Positions 60,819-64,000 of a DNA stretch of 64,000 nt are shown piece by piece. This DNA comes from Fibrobacteria bacterium (lineage in GTDB: Bacteria; Fibrobacterota; Chitinivibrionia; Chitinivibrionales; FEN-1185): assembly GCA_037447435.1 (NCBI GenBank), contig JBBIGR010000011.1, forward strand, positions 32,001 to 96,000, given 5' to 3'. A program made the position numbers and the translations under genes. The notes under the pieces are model-generated. The model saw only the letters and a program-made list of their open reading frames with translations, made no database searches and was not told where the DNA came from. Positions within the stretch are counted from its first letter, which is position 1; every line of letters starts with the position of its first letter.

Positions 60819-60920
60819 TTTCAATTCTCGGCAAATAGTAATGGTACGCAAAATGAAACGCTATAAAATACATGGTCAATCCAAACAGAAGAACAGTAAA
60901 TCGTATTCTTTTTAAAAAAA

Positions 60921-62642
60921 TTAAAAAACGAAATCTGATGAAACCGGTAAATCGATTTTTTTATCTGTTTCAAAAGTAAAAGCCTTGTCGTTGTTTTTAA
61001 TGATAACCGTATTTCCCGATTTTGAGATTTCAGTATTTTTTAAACCTTCACGGTTTTTTATGACATTCATCAGGCAAATGGCTTTTTCCATTCCATCCCC
61101 TCGTTTGTAATTCCAAACTTCGTCCGGTTGGGCTAGCCGGGTACTGTCGTAAATGGAACTGTTTTCCATGTCGCCGAGCAGGGCATACACCGCATCAAAT
61201 TCAAGAGCGCCGGTTCCCGCAAGACAAACGGGGTTTCGTTCAAAAGCCGCTTTTAAAAACGGTTTCCAGGGTGAATGCGACAAGTCCCTGAATGCTGAAA
61301 AAGCAAGAGCTGCCGTTTCGTTTTTATCTTTTATTGATAGGAGATATTCTATAATTTGCTCGCGGCCCAAGCTTGTGTCGATGGAAATGATTTGAGATGC
61401 ATCCCATTTTTTGCGTTCGTCGGGCAACGACGGATTTATTCTACAGAAGGCAATAAGGTCTTTTGTAACACAGTCAACATTATAACATCCGTGATGGAGA
61501 TGTTTTTGCAAGTCTTCCAAAGACGGGGGATGGTCTAAGGAGACTTTATTCGTTTTGAAGAATTCCTCGACTTCATCCAAAAGCAATCTGCTTTCCATGG
61601 GTTCCGTATAAAATTCATCTTCGTCGATTTCATGAAGCAACTGCGCTCTAGTCGTATCGCCGACTTTGAATTTGCTGTTATGCTCGTAGGAGTACACTTT
61701 TTCAGCTTCAATATATCGGGGCTTTCCGCAGCAGAGATGTGCAATTTGAAAGCATTTCTGGAGTTTGCTGTTTTGCCTGAGAAAATTTGCCAGAATTTCA
61801 AAGGTTATATCCGTGGTTAAAAACTTTGAAATTTTCATTTTGAACGTTTGATACGATTCCGGCGAAATGGTCGCATTCGGATACAAGGTATGAATAAAGC
61901 CCGTGTTATTGCTGACTATGGTTATCCGTTCATGCTGTATGGCCCGTCTTGCCTTTTCACTCAATTCAGTGCCGTTAAACCACATGTTTTTTGTGACAAT
62001 GCGCCTATTATTCGTTATCACGCCGTCGTTGACATCGACAAAGTTCTGCGAATGCAAAGGAGTAGCCATTAAATAAATTTTATCCAAAGGAATCTTTGCA
62101 ATGACAAACAATGCCGCAGCATATAACGTTGCCAAAGAAACGCATTCACCCGCACCGGAGGAATAGTTGGGTTTAAATTTGAATGCCTGCATTGCTTCTA
62201 CGGTTTCTGTTTTCCAATAGGGAATCACATCGGAATTGTATTTGTCGAGACCGAAATGGCGGCGGATGTCTATGTCGAAATAATATTTGTCGCCCTCATA
62301 TCCGAACAAGGCATTGCTTTGAGATAATGCGTCTTGTGAAATGAAAGAAGAAAAGCGGGCCATTTCCTTGTCTTTGGTCGTAAGCCCCCACGTGTCCAAA
62401 TCCAAATTGAATGTAAAATGGTCCATGATGTATTGCTTTACACGCAATAGCCGGCGATAGGGGTTTTGTTTTTCCAACCCGTCGAACCAGGGATCTTCCC
62501 CCCATTTCCATAATAACGGGGACATCGCGTTGGCAAGAACCAGCGAATACAAAAGTTCCGGGAAAATAAAAACTTCCATATCCGACAAAGTAATTGCTGA
62601 GGAATATTTTTCCAATGATGCCGGATCGTCGAGATTATACAT
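60921..62642 (-). CDS. Conserved hypothetical protein with transglutaminase-like Cys-His-Asp core
   Basis: GECVSLATLYAAALF..A.IP...LHSQNFVD; second degenerate core QPDEVWNYKRGDGMEKA. Confidence 0.6.
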   Translation of the reverse strand: MYNLDDPASLEKYSSAITLSDMEVFIFPELLYSLVLANAMSPLLWKWGEDPWFDGLEKQNPYRRLLRVKQYIMDHFTFNLDLDTWGLTTKDKEMARFSSFISQDALSQSNALFGYEGDKYYFDIDIRRHFGLDKYNSDVIPYWKTETVEAMQAFKFKPNYSSGAGECVSLATLYAAALFVIAKIPLDKIYLMATPLHSQNFVDVNDGVITNNRRIVTKNMWFNGTELSEKARRAIQHERITIVSNNTGFIHTLYPNATISPESYQTFKMKISKFLTTDITFEILANFLRQNSKLQKCFQIAHLCCGKPRYIEAEKVYSYEHNSKFKVGDTTRAQLLHEIDEDEFYTEPMESRLLLDEVEEFFKTNKVSLDHPPSLEDLQKHLHHGCYNVDCVTKDLIAFCRINPSLPDERKKWDASQIISIDTSLGREQIIEYLLSIKDKNETAALAFSAFRDLSHSPWKPFLKAAFERNPVCLAGTGALEFDAVYALLGDMENSSIYDSTRLAQPDEVWNYKRGDGMEKAICLMNVIKNREGLKNTEISKSGNTVIIKNNDKAFTFETDKKIDLPVSSDFVF

Positions 62643-62735
62643 AGCTGTCCTTTTTTTCCGATTGTTTTGAATACTTGCAATAAAACTACTATTTTATACC
62701 GATGCGATTGTTTAAAAAAAGGTAACAAGATAAAA

Positions 62736-63875
62736 ATGAAAATTCTTGCCGATTCGAATATCGTTTTTGCCCAGGAAGCGTTTGGCGGTTTTGGCGAAGT
62801 GACACTGTCGAGCGGGCGTGAAATTACTAATGCGAAGCTGTCGGATACGGATATTCTTTTGGTGCGTTCGATCACAAAAGTTAACGAAGAACTGTTGCAA
62901 AATACAAAGGTCAAATTCGTTGCAAGCGCAACCATAGGAACCGACCATATCGATCTTGCGTATTTGCGTCAAAACTGCATCGGGTTTGCCCATGCACCGG
63001 GATCAAACGCGACCGCGGTGGCCGAATATATAGTTGCCGCGATATTGGAAATGAATCAAAGAAAAAAACTGGAAATTACCCCGGATTGCACCCTCGGCAT
63101 CGTCGGTGTCGGGAATATCGGGACCAAGGTATTGTCGTACGCGCAATCGCTCGGTATGAAATGTTTATTATGCGACCCACCTAAAAAGGCGTTGACAGGA
63201 AGTGATTTTTACGTTTCGCTGGAAACGGTCTTATCGCAATCGGATATTGTCACTTTGCATGTTCCTTTGACCAAGACCGGGACCGATGCGACCTATCACA
63301 TGGTAAACAGCCATTTTCTTTGCGCAATGAAAAAAAATGCGATTCTCATCAATGCGAGCCGGGGAGACGTTATTGACGAAAGCAGTTTGATCAAAGAAAG
63401 ACCGCATTTGGGAGGGGTTGTTTTGGATGTTTTCAGCAACGAGCCGAAACCGCATTCGAATACCATTGCCGCCTGCGACCTCACGACGCCGCATATTGCC
63501 GGCTATTCATTCGACGGCAAAGTGTGCGGGACCGCAATGATTTACGAAGCGATTTGCTCGTTTTTTTTCAAAGCCAAAACCTGGAGACCGCCGAATTCGG
63601 GATCGGCTAAAATCAATATAGTTCTTGATAACGAGGATATGTACGGAGCCTTGGCCGAGGCAGTATCCAAGGCCTATTCCATTAAAAACGACGATATGAA
63701 TTTACGGAAAATATTGGAAATAAAAACAGAGAACAGAGGTTCGTATTTCGATGAACTGAGAAAAAGTTATCCAAAACGATTGGAATTCAGCAACTATATA
63801 ATTTCCTCGCAAAAAAAGATTCAGCCGGAAATATTGCAAAAATTGATAAGCCTTGGGTTTATTATTGCAGAGTAG
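62736..63875 (+). CDS. pdxB: Erythronate-4-phosphate dehydrogenase
   Basis: MKILADSNI, LLVRS.TKV, SATIGTDH, APGSNA.AVAEY, TPHIAGYS.DGK. Confidence 0.93.
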   Translation: MKILADSNIVFAQEAFGGFGEVTLSSGREITNAKLSDTDILLVRSITKVNEELLQNTKVKFVASATIGTDHIDLAYLRQNCIGFAHAPGSNATAVAEYIVAAILEMNQRKKLEITPDCTLGIVGVGNIGTKVLSYAQSLGMKCLLCDPPKKALTGSDFYVSLETVLSQSDIVTLHVPLTKTGTDATYHMVNSHFLCAMKKNAILINASRGDVIDESSLIKERPHLGGVVLDVFSNEPKPHSNTIAACDLTTPHIAGYSFDGKVCGTAMIYEAICSFFFKAKTWRPPNSGSAKINIVLDNEDMYGALAEAVSKAYSIKNDDMNLRKILEIKTENRGSYFDELRKSYPKRLEFSNYIISSQKKIQPEILQKLISLGFIIAE

Positions 63876-64000
63876 ATACCTTAGATCGAAGCGCCGCGGT
63901 CGGGTTGGTAAAAAATTCCCCATGCTAGGTAAATAAGTTCACAGTGTATCGGATTGATCTTTTTTAAACTTTAGATTTTTCTAAAGTTTTTTAATAAAAT

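Noticed and set aside
63876..64000. Partial convergent gene at the window end
   Set aside because: All three minus-strand frames hit stops within about 30 nt of the window edge

Overview
AT-rich (roughly 40% GC by eye), gene-dense chromosomal window with no integrase, transposase, prophage or CRISPR array that I can support. The gene content suggests an FCB-group organism, probably Fibrobacterota/Chitinivibrionia-like (inference): a PorV-type T9SS barrel, Hc1 histone-like protein, FCB-type transketolase, MglA and flagellar P/L-ring genes. Housekeeping genes: icd, tRNA-Gly(CCC), sppA, MltD-like transglycosylase, EF-G2-type fusA, mtnA, lysA, rpsT, tkt, kefB/C-like, dus, queA, ugd, trpB2, carboxy(nor)spermidine dehydrogenase/decarboxylase and pdxB. 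Multi-gene modules: a GldA/F/G-like ABC operon with DUF4340; TPR-DUF4388-MglA-MglB-deacetylase; PHP-UbiA-TPR-ferredoxin-geranylgeranyl reductase; HDOD-CheX-hybrid kinase-Hpt-HDOD with a convergent REC-PP2C; and flgFGAHI behind a sigma54/IHF promoter. The best novelty candidate is the MglA/MglB pair: both proteins carry long low-complexity tails ending in the same motif (LY[F/Y]TSVN, basic linker, amphipathic ..KIFN-x5). Other candidates: a PorV barrel with an inserted beta-propeller and split LysM, an archaeal-style UbiA/ferredoxin/GGR isoprenoid-lipid operon, a transglutaminase-like gene upstream of the polyamine genes, and a premature stop in the hybrid kinase. All family calls come from motif recognition, not database searches.
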